Shown here: positions 20,712 to 29,973 of the stretch, piece after piece | Layout of the letters: each line of letters starts with the position of its first letter | Numbering within the stretch: position 1 is the stretch's first letter | Assembly: GCA_965208105.1 (NCBI GenBank) | Contig: OZ242318.1 | Coordinates: 416,001-480,000 of the forward strand | Direction: 5' to 3' | From: Candidatus Latescibacterota bacterium | GTDB taxonomy: Bacteria > Latescibacterota > UBA2968 > UBA8231 | DNA length: 64,000 nt | The notes under the pieces: generated by a model | Told to the model about the DNA's origin: nothing | What the model saw: only the letters and a program-made list of their open reading frames with translations | Databases searched by the model: none | Translations under genes and position numbers: made by a program

Positions 20712-21938
20712 TCATCGTCCAAACGGGAAACCAATTACTTCGTCAATGGAAGCTGCATTGGCGATGAGCATGACCATGCGATCCGCGCCCAGGGCCATTC
20801 CGCCAGCAGGGGGCATGCCGTCCTCCATCATTGCCAGGAAGGCTTCATCCAGAGGAAATTCAGGATACCCCTTTCGCCGGCGATTCTCCTGTTCAATCGA
20901 AAACCTCCGTCTTTGTTCCCGTGGATCGTTCAATTCAGTAAACCCGTTGGATAGCTCCAGACCTGCAATATAGGTTTCGACCCTTTCCGCAACACCGGGG
21001 CGGGCGCCTTTCGCCTTAGCCATCGAAGCCATTCTCACCGGGTAGTCCCTCAGGAAAACAGGGCCCAATCGCCGGAGTGCAGGCTCAATATCATCTAAAA
21101 AAATTTTATAGAAGATTTCCTCCCAGGAATCATCCGGGCGGACGCTCAGATATCCACGGGACCGGGCCTGACGGCGAAAATCTTGCAAATCGTCGCATGC
21201 CTCGATCTCGATTCCTGCATAGTTCCAAAATGCCTCGCTCACACTCAACCGTTGCCAGGGAGGGGATAAATCGAGCGCCGTCCCCTGATATTCGATCCTG
21301 GTGGTACCCAAAAGGGTTGAGCACACATAAGCGACGAGCTCTTCCGTATCTTCCATGATTTCCTCGTAGCTCGCAAAGGCTCTGTACCACTCAATCATGG
21401 TAAATTCGGGGTTGTGAGTTGGGGAGTACTCCCTGTTGCGGAAACAGCGAGCGATCTGATAGATCTTTTCAAATCCGCTGCCGATCAGCCGCTTCATGTG
21501 GTGTTCCGGCGAGGTGATCAGATAGCATGGAACCGCTCCGGGGCCATGAAATTCCGTCTTGAAGGGATGTATTTCGGCATCCAGCCCTGGTGCCTCAACC
21601 AGCAGCGGGGTTTCTACCTCGAGAAAACCCTTGCTTTTCCAAAAGTCCCGGACGGCCTTGAAGGCGGCGGCCCGAATGCCAAGATTTTCTTTTAACGCCT
21701 CTCGCCGACCATTAAAGGATTGCCAGTCACCATACCCTTCCCGGCGTTTTTCGGCAGCTGGCGCCAATTGGTGAATCTGCTCCGCCAACAATTCGCCATC
21801 TACCATTCGACCCCGTATTCCTACCATGCCGCCGCAGCGTGGTTCCTGTTCAAGTGGAGGGAGCCTGAAAGAGACCACACCCTTGTCATCCATCAAACGT
21901 CCCCTTCTTCCTTCGAATTCTACAATTCGACCGTGCAT
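20712..21938 (-). CDS. epmA: EF-P lysine aminoacylase EpmA/PoxA with N-terminal extension
   Basis: YLITSPEHHMKRL, FRN, HNPEFTMIEWYR, ELSNGFTEL, GMALGADR; start uncertain (ATG 21938). Confidence 0.88.
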   Translation of the reverse strand: MHGRIVEFEGRRGRLMDDKGVVSFRLPPLEQEPRCGGMVGIRGRMVDGELLAEQIHQLAPAAEKRREGYGDWQSFNGRREALKENLGIRAAAFKAVRDFWKSKGFLEVETPLLVEAPGLDAEIHPFKTEFHGPGAVPCYLITSPEHHMKRLIGSGFEKIYQIARCFRNREYSPTHNPEFTMIEWYRAFASYEEIMEDTEELVAYVCSTLLGTTRIEYQGTALDLSPPWQRLSVSEAFWNYAGIEIEACDDLQDFRRQARSRGYLSVRPDDSWEEIFYKIFLDDIEPALRRLGPVFLRDYPVRMASMAKAKGARPGVAERVETYIAGLELSNGFTELNDPREQRRRFSIEQENRRRKGYPEFPLDEAFLAMMEDGMPPAGGMALGADRMVMLIANAASIDEVIGFPFGR

Positions 21939-22069
21939 ATAGACAGTTTCTGAATTACAGGGCAGGAAATCTGTAGAGTGGGAGGCGGGTTGGCATCGCG
22001 GGGGAAATCGACTGTGGTCCACTCGCATCAATGGAGAAAATCACCTCCTGGTTTGGTTGAAAAATTACT

Positions 22070-22103
22070 AAAAATGCCGACACAGGTTCTCTGTAGTCGG
22101 CAT
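22070..22103 (-). terminator. Intrinsic terminator downstream of clpX
   Basis: Stem ATGCCGAC...GTCGGCAT followed by a T-run on the minus strand. Confidence 0.6.
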
Positions 22104-22128
22104 GTAATTGGCAAGGGTTGGAAAGGCT

Positions 22129-23355
22129 TCAGGCTATTTTCTTCCTTTTTATCAACAGGGGCGATCCTCTTGATGCAATACAATCTTTGGTAATAATGCA
22201 CTCTTTAACATCCTTACTGGCCGGCAATTCATACATTATTTCAAGCATAACCGTCTCCAGAACCGCCCGCAATCCACGTGCCCCCATCGCCTTCTTCTGC
22301 GCATGCTCCACGATCTTCTGGAGAGCATCCTGTTCAAATCGCAAGCTCATTCCATCCATTTCAAAAAGCTTTTTGTACTGTTTGATCAACGCGTTCTTGG
22401 GCTCGATCAATATTTCCATCATCACGGCATCGTTCAGTGGATGAAAGGTGCTAACCACCGGAAGTCTGCCAATGAACTCGGGGATCAGGCCATATTGAAT
22501 AAGGTCTTCTGGTTCAACACGTCCATAGGTCCGGTTAGAATCAAAATCCTCCACCTCCTCGTGGCTGCCGAAGCCGATTGCTCGCCTGCCTGTTCGTTGA
22601 TTTATGATCCGGTCCAGCCCATCAAAGGCTCCACCGCAAACGAACAAGATATTTCGAGTGTTGATCTGGACCAGAGGCTGCTCGGGATGCTTACGGCCTC
22701 CCTTGGGGGGCACTCCGGAAACCGTTCCCTCGAGGATTTTGAGCAATTCCTGCTGAACTCCTTCTCCCGAAACATCCCTGGTTATTGATGGGTTTCCAGA
22801 CTTTCTGGCAATCTTATCAATTTCATCTATGAACAATATTCCCCTCTCGGCCTGGCTGACATCATAATTCGCGGCCTGCAATATTCGAACCAGAATATTC
22901 TCCACATCCTCGCCAACATATCCCGCCTCGGTCAGAACAGTTGCATCGACTATGGCAAAGGGAACCTGAAGAATCCGCGCCAACGTTTCTGCGAGCAAGG
23001 TCTTGCCAGTTCCGGTGGGGCCTATGAGCAAGATATTGCTCTTGCTCAACTCAACATCGGATGCCCCGGAATAGACTCTCTTGTAGTGGTTGTATACTGC
23101 TACGGAAAGGGCCTTCTTCGCGCGGTCCTGCCCTATGATGTGTTCGTCCAAATGGGATTTTATTTCAATCGGCTTGGGAAGAGTTTTACCTTGCAGGCTG
23201 GGTTCCTGTTTCTTTTCCTCCTCCAAAACCTCGTTACAGAGGCCTACACACACATTGCAAATGTGCACTGAGGGCCCCTGGATTATTTTGTCTACCTGGT
23301 CGACTCCCTTTCCACAAAATGAGCAACTTACCGCATTGCGTGATTTCTTGAGCAT
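22129..23355 (-). CDS. clpX: ATP-dependent Clp protease ATP-binding subunit ClpX
   Basis: CSFCGK zinc finger, [28 protein letters not shown] loop. Confidence 0.98.
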   Translation of the reverse strand: MLKKSRNAVSCSFCGKGVDQVDKIIQGPSVHICNVCVGLCNEVLEEEKKQEPSLQGKTLPKPIEIKSHLDEHIIGQDRAKKALSVAVYNHYKRVYSGASDVELSKSNILLIGPTGTGKTLLAETLARILQVPFAIVDATVLTEAGYVGEDVENILVRILQAANYDVSQAERGILFIDEIDKIARKSGNPSITRDVSGEGVQQELLKILEGTVSGVPPKGGRKHPEQPLVQINTRNILFVCGGAFDGLDRIINQRTGRRAIGFGSHEEVEDFDSNRTYGRVEPEDLIQYGLIPEFIGRLPVVSTFHPLNDAVMMEILIEPKNALIKQYKKLFEMDGMSLRFEQDALQKIVEHAQKKAMGARGLRAVLETVMLEIMYELPASKDVKECIITKDCIASRGSPLLIKRKKIA

Positions 23356-23379
23356 TTCCCAGGGCTGTCCTTGGGGGGT

Positions 23380-24042
23380 TTAAGAGGGCTGTCCGGAGTT
23401 TTCCTGACTATCCTCGGAGGCGGGTTCGTTGGTTTCTTCGTCGCCTGCCTCACTATTCCGTCCTTCCTCCGCCTCAGAGTGAGAGGCGTCGGCAGTTTCA
23501 ATTTCTTCATCCGGACCCTCAGTGTCGGCTTCACCACTCTCTCCCCCTTCGGTGGCTTTCTTCTCTTCAAGCCCGGCTTTCATCACATTGACCGCCTGGA
23601 AACCCTTGGCGGTCTTGGTCACCATAAATTCGACTTCATCCCCCTGGCTGAGGCTTCTATCCCATGAGGAGATATCTCTCCAGTGCACGAAGACATCCGA
23701 ATCGCTCTCGGTAGAAATGAACCCATAACCTTTGTCGTCGTTGAACCACTTCACCACACCTTTGATCCATGTGTTTTCCGGGAGGCCATTTGTTTTCTTT
23801 TCCGAAACCTCCCCCCCTTCTTCGGGATCTTTTGAGGGCTTGCCGCTTTCGAATTTAAGGATGCGGTCGCGAAGCAATCGTTTGGTGGCTTCGCCTCCTT
23901 CGATCCCTTCCAGCAACCATTCAATACTGGTTATTAAGCCGATGATATAGGAACTGTCGGTGCCGTACAGCTTCCTCGCGTGAACAATCTTCTCGGCAAG
24001 CATGGAAATCCGGTCGCTGTTCAATGGTAGTGATTTCTCCAA
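23380..24042 (-). CDS. Cold-shock-domain protein with N-terminal extension and acidic tail
   Basis: KGVVKWFNDDKGYGFI...DVFVHW RNP motifs; TTG start preceded by AGGAGG. Confidence 0.85.
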   Translation of the reverse strand: MEKSLPLNSDRISMLAEKIVHARKLYGTDSSYIIGLITSIEWLLEGIEGGEATKRLLRDRILKFESGKPSKDPEEGGEVSEKKTNGLPENTWIKGVVKWFNDDKGYGFISTESDSDVFVHWRDISSWDRSLSQGDEVEFMVTKTAKGFQAVNVMKAGLEEKKATEGGESGEADTEGPDEEIETADASHSEAEEGRNSEAGDEETNEPASEDSQENSGQPS

Positions 24043-24074
24043 GAGACTAACACCTCCTATTTATTAAACCTTTA

Positions 24075-25565
24075 TTATCTATGTAAATAGAAAAAATCCC
24101 CCGCCTGGTCAACTGACGAAGATCCTCGGCCCCTGATCCCCTGATAAATTGTCTGTCCGCTCACCTTGATTATGCCAGTCAGCGGAACGGCGACCAGCAT
24201 TCCAACAATTCCCATCAACTGGCTCCCTACCATTACAACGAAGAGGACCACAAGGGGGTGCAGATCAACATTTTTTGCCACAATGGCCGGCTGAACCAGG
24301 ACATTGTCAATCACCTGAACCACCAGGAACACAAGGATTACGTTGCCTACCATACCGAACCCTCCCCCCGTGGCCAAAGCGACTATCGAGCCTATCAAGA
24401 TCCCGATCAGTGGGCCCAGGTAGGGGATCATGTTGGCGAGACCGGCGAAAAGCCCAACTGGCAGCGAGTAAGGCATTTCAACCAGCAGGAGTCCAATAAT
24501 GGCCATCGTCGCTACAACGCTCACCGCCAGGAGTTGGCCTCGGATGTATCCTCCGATCTGCCCGTTGATTTGATGAAGGAGATTAAAGCAGAGTTCGAAG
24601 TATGCGTTTGGTACCAGGTCAATTAGTCCGTGGGTTATATGCCGGCCTTCCTTCAAGAAGAAGAAAGCGACAAATGGCACAATAACCAGAAGGGCGATCC
24701 CAGAGGTAATCCCGGAAACAAGCTCCTCGACGAATCCGGTAGTTCCACCAAAAAGGGTTTCCGCTAAATTCCCGCCATATTCCCGTACGACATTTGCTAT
24801 CACCAGATCTTCGCCCAGGAAGGGCTGAACCAAAGGTTGCGTCTCATTGGCTATTTCGCTTATTCGAGTAACCAGGTTGGGGCCGGCTCGGCCAAAGTCG
24901 ATTCCCCTTGCACCGAAGACAACGGACTCAACCACAGCCTCTTCGTGAAATTCTTCTTCCCAAAAATCGTCTAAAGTTGAATCTGCGACTCTCGATGAAT
25001 TCCCCCGCAGACGCAACCCAAATGGAGCGGTCAGATCGGGACTGGACAGAATCAGGAGTTTATGGACAGGCCTTGTTTGCGCCGGAGCGAAGTGAATCCT
25101 CAGGGCCTGGCTGTCTCCCGGCCCGAGCTTCAAAGGAAATACAGGGGGATCTGTCACTGAAAAGGGAGCCGCCCTGTTCAGGTCTTCGCGGTCGATATCT
25201 ATGAGGACCGGATTCTGGCCTTTGTTGGCTATGAGGAATTCCCTGTCTACTGTTTCCTGTCTGATGAACTCCTCGCCGAGATCGATCATTTCGGCCGTCA
25301 ACTTCCCACCTGCCTTTACAAGGCCAAATGACAATCCTCCGGCCACGACGATGAATACAGCCAGGATGCTCAGGGTTCTGTTCATTCCCCTGCCTTCCAT
25401 CCGATCTACCAGAGGCGCCAGGACATAGGCCATGACAAAGGCCAGGAGGAAAGGTGCAAGGATTCCCCGGAGAAAGAATATCAAGGTAATCAACGACAGA
25501 AAGATCCCAATCGCGAGGGCCACTCTGATCTGTTTTCCAAGGCTTGATGTCTGTTCCTGGTTCAT
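24075..25565 (-). CDS. AI-2E family transporter with inserted soluble Ig-like domain
   Basis: PFLLAFVMAYVLAPLVD, YIRGQ, NMIPYLGP, LHPLVV, GMLVAVP. Confidence 0.88.
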   Translation of the reverse strand: MNQEQTSSLGKQIRVALAIGIFLSLITLIFFLRGILAPFLLAFVMAYVLAPLVDRMEGRGMNRTLSILAVFIVVAGGLSFGLVKAGGKLTAEMIDLGEEFIRQETVDREFLIANKGQNPVLIDIDREDLNRAAPFSVTDPPVFPLKLGPGDSQALRIHFAPAQTRPVHKLLILSSPDLTAPFGLRLRGNSSRVADSTLDDFWEEEFHEEAVVESVVFGARGIDFGRAGPNLVTRISEIANETQPLVQPFLGEDLVIANVVREYGGNLAETLFGGTTGFVEELVSGITSGIALLVIVPFVAFFFLKEGRHITHGLIDLVPNAYFELCFNLLHQINGQIGGYIRGQLLAVSVVATMAIIGLLLVEMPYSLPVGLFAGLANMIPYLGPLIGILIGSIVALATGGGFGMVGNVILVFLVVQVIDNVLVQPAIVAKNVDLHPLVVLFVVMVGSQLMGIVGMLVAVPLTGIIKVSGQTIYQGIRGRGSSSVDQAGDFFYLHR

Positions 25566-25655
25566 GCAGCTTGCTCGGCATAGGAATCGTCGGCCGGCGT
25601 CCCATCACCTGCTTTTGACCCATTTTTCGATCGGCGCGTGCGCGCGAAATTAAGC

Positions 25656-25729
25656 GCGAGCGAGGGCAACGACGCAGGACGGGATGCGGCGGCGGCGAAT
25701 TCAGGCGGAATTGCGCAGGCAGGCACTAG
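25656..25729. repeat. Degenerate partial copy of the MITE-like element at 52521-52686
   Basis: GCGAGCGAGGGCAACGACGCAGGACGGGATG matches 52613-52643 at 25/31 positions and ends at the same distance in CTA. Confidence 0.55.
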
Positions 25730-26253
25730 GTCCCTTCAATTTCCTGCTGCCTGATCCGACCGTCCTTGAGCAGACGGCTGGTGTGTCGCCACCGGTTCAA
25801 TATCATTTGTGACAAACGTCTGACTATTTTCAATCCAATTTGCGGATCTTGTTTGAGCAGTTCGAGCAGGTCCGGCCTGCAGAAACCGATGGCCAGGCAG
25901 GGCCTTGAAGCAATTGCCGAAGCTGTGCTAGACACCTCTTCATCCAGAAGAGACTGTTCCCCGAAAACGTCTCCAGGTCCCAGGATGGCCAGTCGCCGGG
26001 ATTTCCCCTCGCCGTCTTTCTGGATGATCTCAATCTCTCCAGAAACAACGACATACATGCCAGCGCTCATTTCTCCTTCTCGCACGATGACTTCCCCCGA
26101 GGACAAGGAACGCCGGCGTAAAATTCCATCGATTTTCTGAAATTCGCGCCGACTCAAATCCTGGAAAATGGGCACTCTCCTCAGGACGGCAAGCGCGACA
26201 TCCTTCCCTGCATTCCTGCTGGGGAAAATGAAAGAGAAAAGACCGGCTCCCAT
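25726..26253 (-). CDS. Cyclic-nucleotide-binding-domain protein
   Basis: LRRVPIFQDL, IVREGE, MYVVVSGEIEI, LGPGDVFGEQSLL; start re-assigned to ATG 26253. Confidence 0.85.
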   Translation of the reverse strand: MGAGLFSFIFPSRNAGKDVALAVLRRVPIFQDLSRREFQKIDGILRRRSLSSGEVIVREGEMSAGMYVVVSGEIEIIQKDGEGKSRRLAILGPGDVFGEQSLLDEEVSSTASAIASRPCLAIGFCRPDLLELLKQDPQIGLKIVRRLSQMILNRWRHTSRLLKDGRIRQQEIEGT

Positions 26254-26354
26254 CAGGTTCTCCCGGACCTGAAAGAAAAAACGACCCCTTCTGGAATCCG
26301 AAAGAGTCGTTTTGCAGGTAAAAGTTCTAAGATTGGGAACACCAGCGCGGGGAA

Positions 26355-26684
26355 TCAACGGCCCAGGGCCGAATCCAATTTTTCGGTGATTTGCTGCTTG
26401 GGCAGGGCGCCAATCAACTGGTCGGCAACCTTCCCGCCTTTGAAAATCAGCATGGTAGGAATACTCCGGATACCAAATTCCACAGCGGTTTTCTGTGCTG
26501 AATCCACGTCCAGTTTGGCGATTTTCGCCCGTCCGGAATATTCGTCGGCCAACTCATCGACGATGGGGGCTACCATGCGGCATGGCCCACACCATGCGGC
26601 CCAAAAGTCGACGAGGACGGGTATGGAAGATTCCAGTACTTCTGCGGCAAAATTCTCATCAGTCAAGGCGATGGGTCGGCTCAT
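26355..26684 (-). CDS. trxA: Thioredoxin
   Basis: VLVDFWAAWCGPC. Confidence 0.97.
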   Translation of the reverse strand: MSRPIALTDENFAAEVLESSIPVLVDFWAAWCGPCRMVAPIVDELADEYSGRAKIAKLDVDSAQKTAVEFGIRSIPTMLIFKGGKVADQLIGALPKQQITEKLDSALGR

Positions 26685-26748
26685 CCAGATTCCTCTTTTC
26701 CACCATAACTAAAAAATTTTCAAAAGGTTATAAAGATATACAATTTTC

Positions 26749-26777
26749 AATATAACCAGTGAAGTCCCCTCTGTCAA
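26749..26777 (-). promoter_or_regulatory. Sigma70-type promoter for trxA; the -35 overlaps the holA stop codon
   Basis: TTGACA-17nt-TATATT. Confidence 0.65.
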
Positions 26778-27805
26778 CCCCGGCCTGGCCGCGCCGCCGC
26801 ACACAATCGTTGCACCAACACGTCGGAAATTATTGCCTCCTGGCTCCGACTGTTGGATTTGAGTCCAAAGTCAGCTTTCCGGAGGGCCCCCAGGCCATCC
26901 CACAAGCGGTTTTCAGGATGAATCCTGGCCTGATCCAGGTAGGATTTGAGAAAGTAGGGAGAGATGCCCAGATCTGCAGCCATTTGCTTTTTGGACATTC
27001 CCCGTTCCATCAGTGCTCGAGTTTTCAACAGCCGTTGAATGTGCCGGCCGATCAAGGCGAAGGTCCGGGCGGGTTCCACCCCCTGGTCCATCAGGCCGCG
27101 CAGAAGAATGAAAGACTTGCGGCTGTCCCGGCTGCCAATGGCGTCTGCAAGTTCAAAAATGCTGGTCTTGTTGGACGATCCGACCACCTGTTCGACGGCG
27201 CCAGGTGTAATCTTTCCCTCGTCGCCGACAAAAATGCCGAGCTTGTCAATTTCACCAGCCAACTCCCGAAGGTTCGTTCCGATGTAGAATATCAACAAAT
27301 CGACAGCTTCCAGGTCTATTTTCAATTCCCTCCTTGTGGCCAGGGTGCGTATCCAGTGAGACAACTGATTTGCATAAGGAACGCGAAACTCGACGGCCCG
27401 GCCAAACTCCGCCAACTTCCGGAAGAACTTGCGCCGCATATCCACCTTTCCTCCAACTACAATCAGCCGGGTCGAGGCAGATGGCGAATCCAATATGCTC
27501 TCCAATCCCCTGCAACAATCGATATCGAGCTTTTCACAACGTTTAATTACAACCAGGCGATGAGCGGCCATCATGGGGTATGAGTCGTAAATCTTGAGAA
27601 AATCCTCAGGCGCCAGGGTGTCACCATAAAATGTATCGACATTGAAATCGGCCGCCTGGTCAGGGGAAAGCACTTTGGCAAGCCAGGTGGCGGCCTCGTC
27701 TCGTAGATAGTCTTCCTCGCCGTAGAGGAGGTAAAAGGGGTGAAACTTTGCTTCTCCCACCTCCTTGCGCAAATCCGCTACGGAGAGCCTCGAGCGTCTA
27801 CTCAC
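26774..27805 (-). CDS. holA: DNA polymerase III delta subunit
   Basis: YLLYGEEDYL, PMMAAHRLVVIK, EIDKL, IFELADAI. Confidence 0.9.
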   Translation of the reverse strand: MSRRSRLSVADLRKEVGEAKFHPFYLLYGEEDYLRDEAATWLAKVLSPDQAADFNVDTFYGDTLAPEDFLKIYDSYPMMAAHRLVVIKRCEKLDIDCCRGLESILDSPSASTRLIVVGGKVDMRRKFFRKLAEFGRAVEFRVPYANQLSHWIRTLATRRELKIDLEAVDLLIFYIGTNLRELAGEIDKLGIFVGDEGKITPGAVEQVVGSSNKTSIFELADAIGSRDSRKSFILLRGLMDQGVEPARTFALIGRHIQRLLKTRALMERGMSKKQMAADLGISPYFLKSYLDQARIHPENRLWDGLGALRKADFGLKSNSRSQEAIISDVLVQRLCAAARPGRG

Positions 27806-28016
27806 CCTGCTTCCTCAAATTTTTCTTTGTCTTCCACTTCATGATACTTGGCGTCTACTACCTGGCTCTTGTCAATTACCTGAGATTTACTTCGCGGATT
27901 GCCGATCAGCCTGGATTTCCGGAGGAAATAGGCGACCAAAACAGCCGCAAGTAGTAACAGCAAAACCTTGATCAAAATTGACAGCTCCGAGGGACCTGGG
28001 TTGAGAGTTGATCAAA

Positions 28017-28796
28017 TCAGCAATTTAAACAGGATAGCACTGCGTCAAATAAATGACCATTGGTGGAAAAGGCGTTTTTCCCGTAGATTGTTGCCCTCCC
28101 CTCCCAATCGGTAAAGGTGCCTCCCGCTTCTTCCAAGATGGGCAATAAGGGGCCACAATCCCATGAATTCATGGCAGGGTCGAAACTGCCCTCGGCACGA
28201 CCTGTGGCCACCAGGACATGCCCGTAACAATCTCCCCACCCGCGCTGTATCCTGGTCGCGCGAGTAAGCGCCTCCCAACTGTTTGCCCGTCCTTCCGCCG
28301 CAAAACTGGATGCACTGGTATAGCAGATGCAGGCATCTTTCAATTCGCGCACGTCCGACACGGCCGCTCTGCGACCGTTCCACCAGCAGCCTTCACCTCT
28401 GGCGGCATAGACCATCTCGTCCAGGGCAGGCAGGTAGACTACGCCCAAAACTACCCCGTCGGGATTCTCCATGGCAACGAGCACTCCAAAGAATGGGACT
28501 CCTCTCAAAAATGAGTGGGTCCCATCAATTGGATCGATGATCCAGCGATTCCCCGAGGTGCCCTTCTTCTCGTTGAATTCCTCACCAACGATTCCGTCAT
28601 CGGGGAAAGCTTTCTGAACCAGGCCGCGCAAGAGTGTCTCAGCCTCCTTGTCGGCGATCGTCACCGGAGACCCATCCACCTTCCACTCCGGTTCTATACT
28701 GGTCTGAAAATAGGGTAATGTGCATTTCCCAGCCCGCCAGGCGGCCTCCGCTGCAAACTCCATCCGTTTCCCCAGCAGGTCGGTCATCCGCATCAC
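28017..28796 (-). CDS. hisN: Inositol-monophosphatase-family histidinol-phosphatase
   Basis: SPVTIADKEAE, GEE, WIIDPIDGTHSFLRGVP, WD, EEAGG. Confidence 0.75.
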   Translation of the reverse strand: MMRMTDLLGKRMEFAAEAAWRAGKCTLPYFQTSIEPEWKVDGSPVTIADKEAETLLRGLVQKAFPDDGIVGEEFNEKKGTSGNRWIIDPIDGTHSFLRGVPFFGVLVAMENPDGVVLGVVYLPALDEMVYAARGEGCWWNGRRAAVSDVRELKDACICYTSASSFAAEGRANSWEALTRATRIQRGWGDCYGHVLVATGRAEGSFDPAMNSWDCGPLLPILEEAGGTFTDWEGRATIYGKNAFSTNGHLFDAVLSCLNC

Positions 28797-28799
28797 CTC

Positions 28800-29636
28800 T
28801 CATCCCAGGATTTTCCGGCGCAGCCCCTCGAGAAGGTTCAGTGCAGCTTTCAAATCCGCGGCTTGATCTGGGGAGTATTCGCGCTCAATGGTCAGCGGCC
28901 CCTCGTAACCCACCTCCTTCAATTTGCGGAGAAAGGCCTCCATATCCACGTCTCCTGCACCCAATGCCTCGTCTTCGTACCAAGGCTGTCCAGGCTTGCG
29001 CTCCCAGCAGGCGTCCTTGCAGTGAACACTCTTGACATGGGTCCCCACAATGTCCAGTGCCTCCAGGGGCTCTCCCGATCCATAGAGAATCATATTTGCG
29101 GGATCAAAGTTCACTGCGAGGTTGTCCCGGTCTACGGCCTGAATAAATCGCAGCAACTCATCTGCGGTCTCTTGTCCCGTCTCCAGGTGAAACCGCTGCC
29201 CTAGCCCGAGGCAATGGTCGCAAACCTGACGGGTCACCCCGACTACTGAGGCATATTCCGGATGGGTTGGGTCGGATGGCACGAATCCCAGGTGCATGCC
29301 GATGGCATCTACTCCCAGCCCGTGGGCGAAGTCGGCGATTTCCAGCGTCTCCTGCAAACGCTCCCGGCGACGCTCGGGAGGAACCAACCCCACAGTTTTA
29401 ACCACCGAGTCTGTCGTCGAATAGTCGTCATCGGGGAAGCCCGCGAAGACCACGGAGATGACGACTTCCGCCTCGGCGAAGCGATCTTTCAGTTCGGCAA
29501 CCTGGCAAGGAGTCCGATACTCTGCAGACGGAGCGTGAAGATGAACCGTTGGCACTCCCAACCCCCGCACCGCATCAAGGCCCGCACCGAGGCCGCCATG
29601 CGTGGAGGTGAAGATGCCGGTCTCCCATTGATTCAT
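28800..29636 (-). CDS. Sugar phosphate isomerase/epimerase (xylose isomerase-like TIM barrel)
   Basis: LETGQE, NFDPAN, VHCKD, GDVD...GYEGPLTIERE. Confidence 0.9.
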   Translation of the reverse strand: MNQWETGIFTSTHGGLGAGLDAVRGLGVPTVHLHAPSAEYRTPCQVAELKDRFAEAEVVISVVFAGFPDDDYSTTDSVVKTVGLVPPERRRERLQETLEIADFAHGLGVDAIGMHLGFVPSDPTHPEYASVVGVTRQVCDHCLGLGQRFHLETGQETADELLRFIQAVDRDNLAVNFDPANMILYGSGEPLEALDIVGTHVKSVHCKDACWERKPGQPWYEDEALGAGDVDMEAFLRKLKEVGYEGPLTIEREYSPDQAADLKAALNLLEGLRRKILG

Positions 29637-29715
29637 TACAGTTCTTTCAAAAGGAAAAGGGGTCAGAATTAAAATCCACCCCTTTCCCGCAACGCAATTT
29701 GGCTCGAAGACCCGA

Positions 29716-29868
29716 CTATTTTACTTGATTTTTTACAGAGGGTCCATGCCGATCTTCAGGTTGAATATTTGCCAGTACGGCATTGAGCTTTTTGCGAAAA
29801 TTCAAAATCCGATTCTCGACTTCATCAATGGAGCGCAGCAGATCTTCCTCATTTCCTTTGTCAGCCAT
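29716..29868 (-). CDS. Putative 50-aa small helical protein
   Basis: Manual translation MADKGNEEDLLRSIDEVENRILNFRKKLNAVLANIQPEDRHGPSVKNQVK; fills an otherwise empty co-directional gap. Confidence 0.45.
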   Translation of the reverse strand: MADKGNEEDLLRSIDEVENRILNFRKKLNAVLANIQPEDRHGPSVKNQVK

Positions 29869-29973
29869 GACAGGTCCGTTGGTTTTAAGCAGGGGAATGG
29901 GAGTATACTGCAGTCCGGATGCAAAATCCAGAAAGGGAGCAATGAGTTTTTCATGGTATGGGTGGAAACTGGC

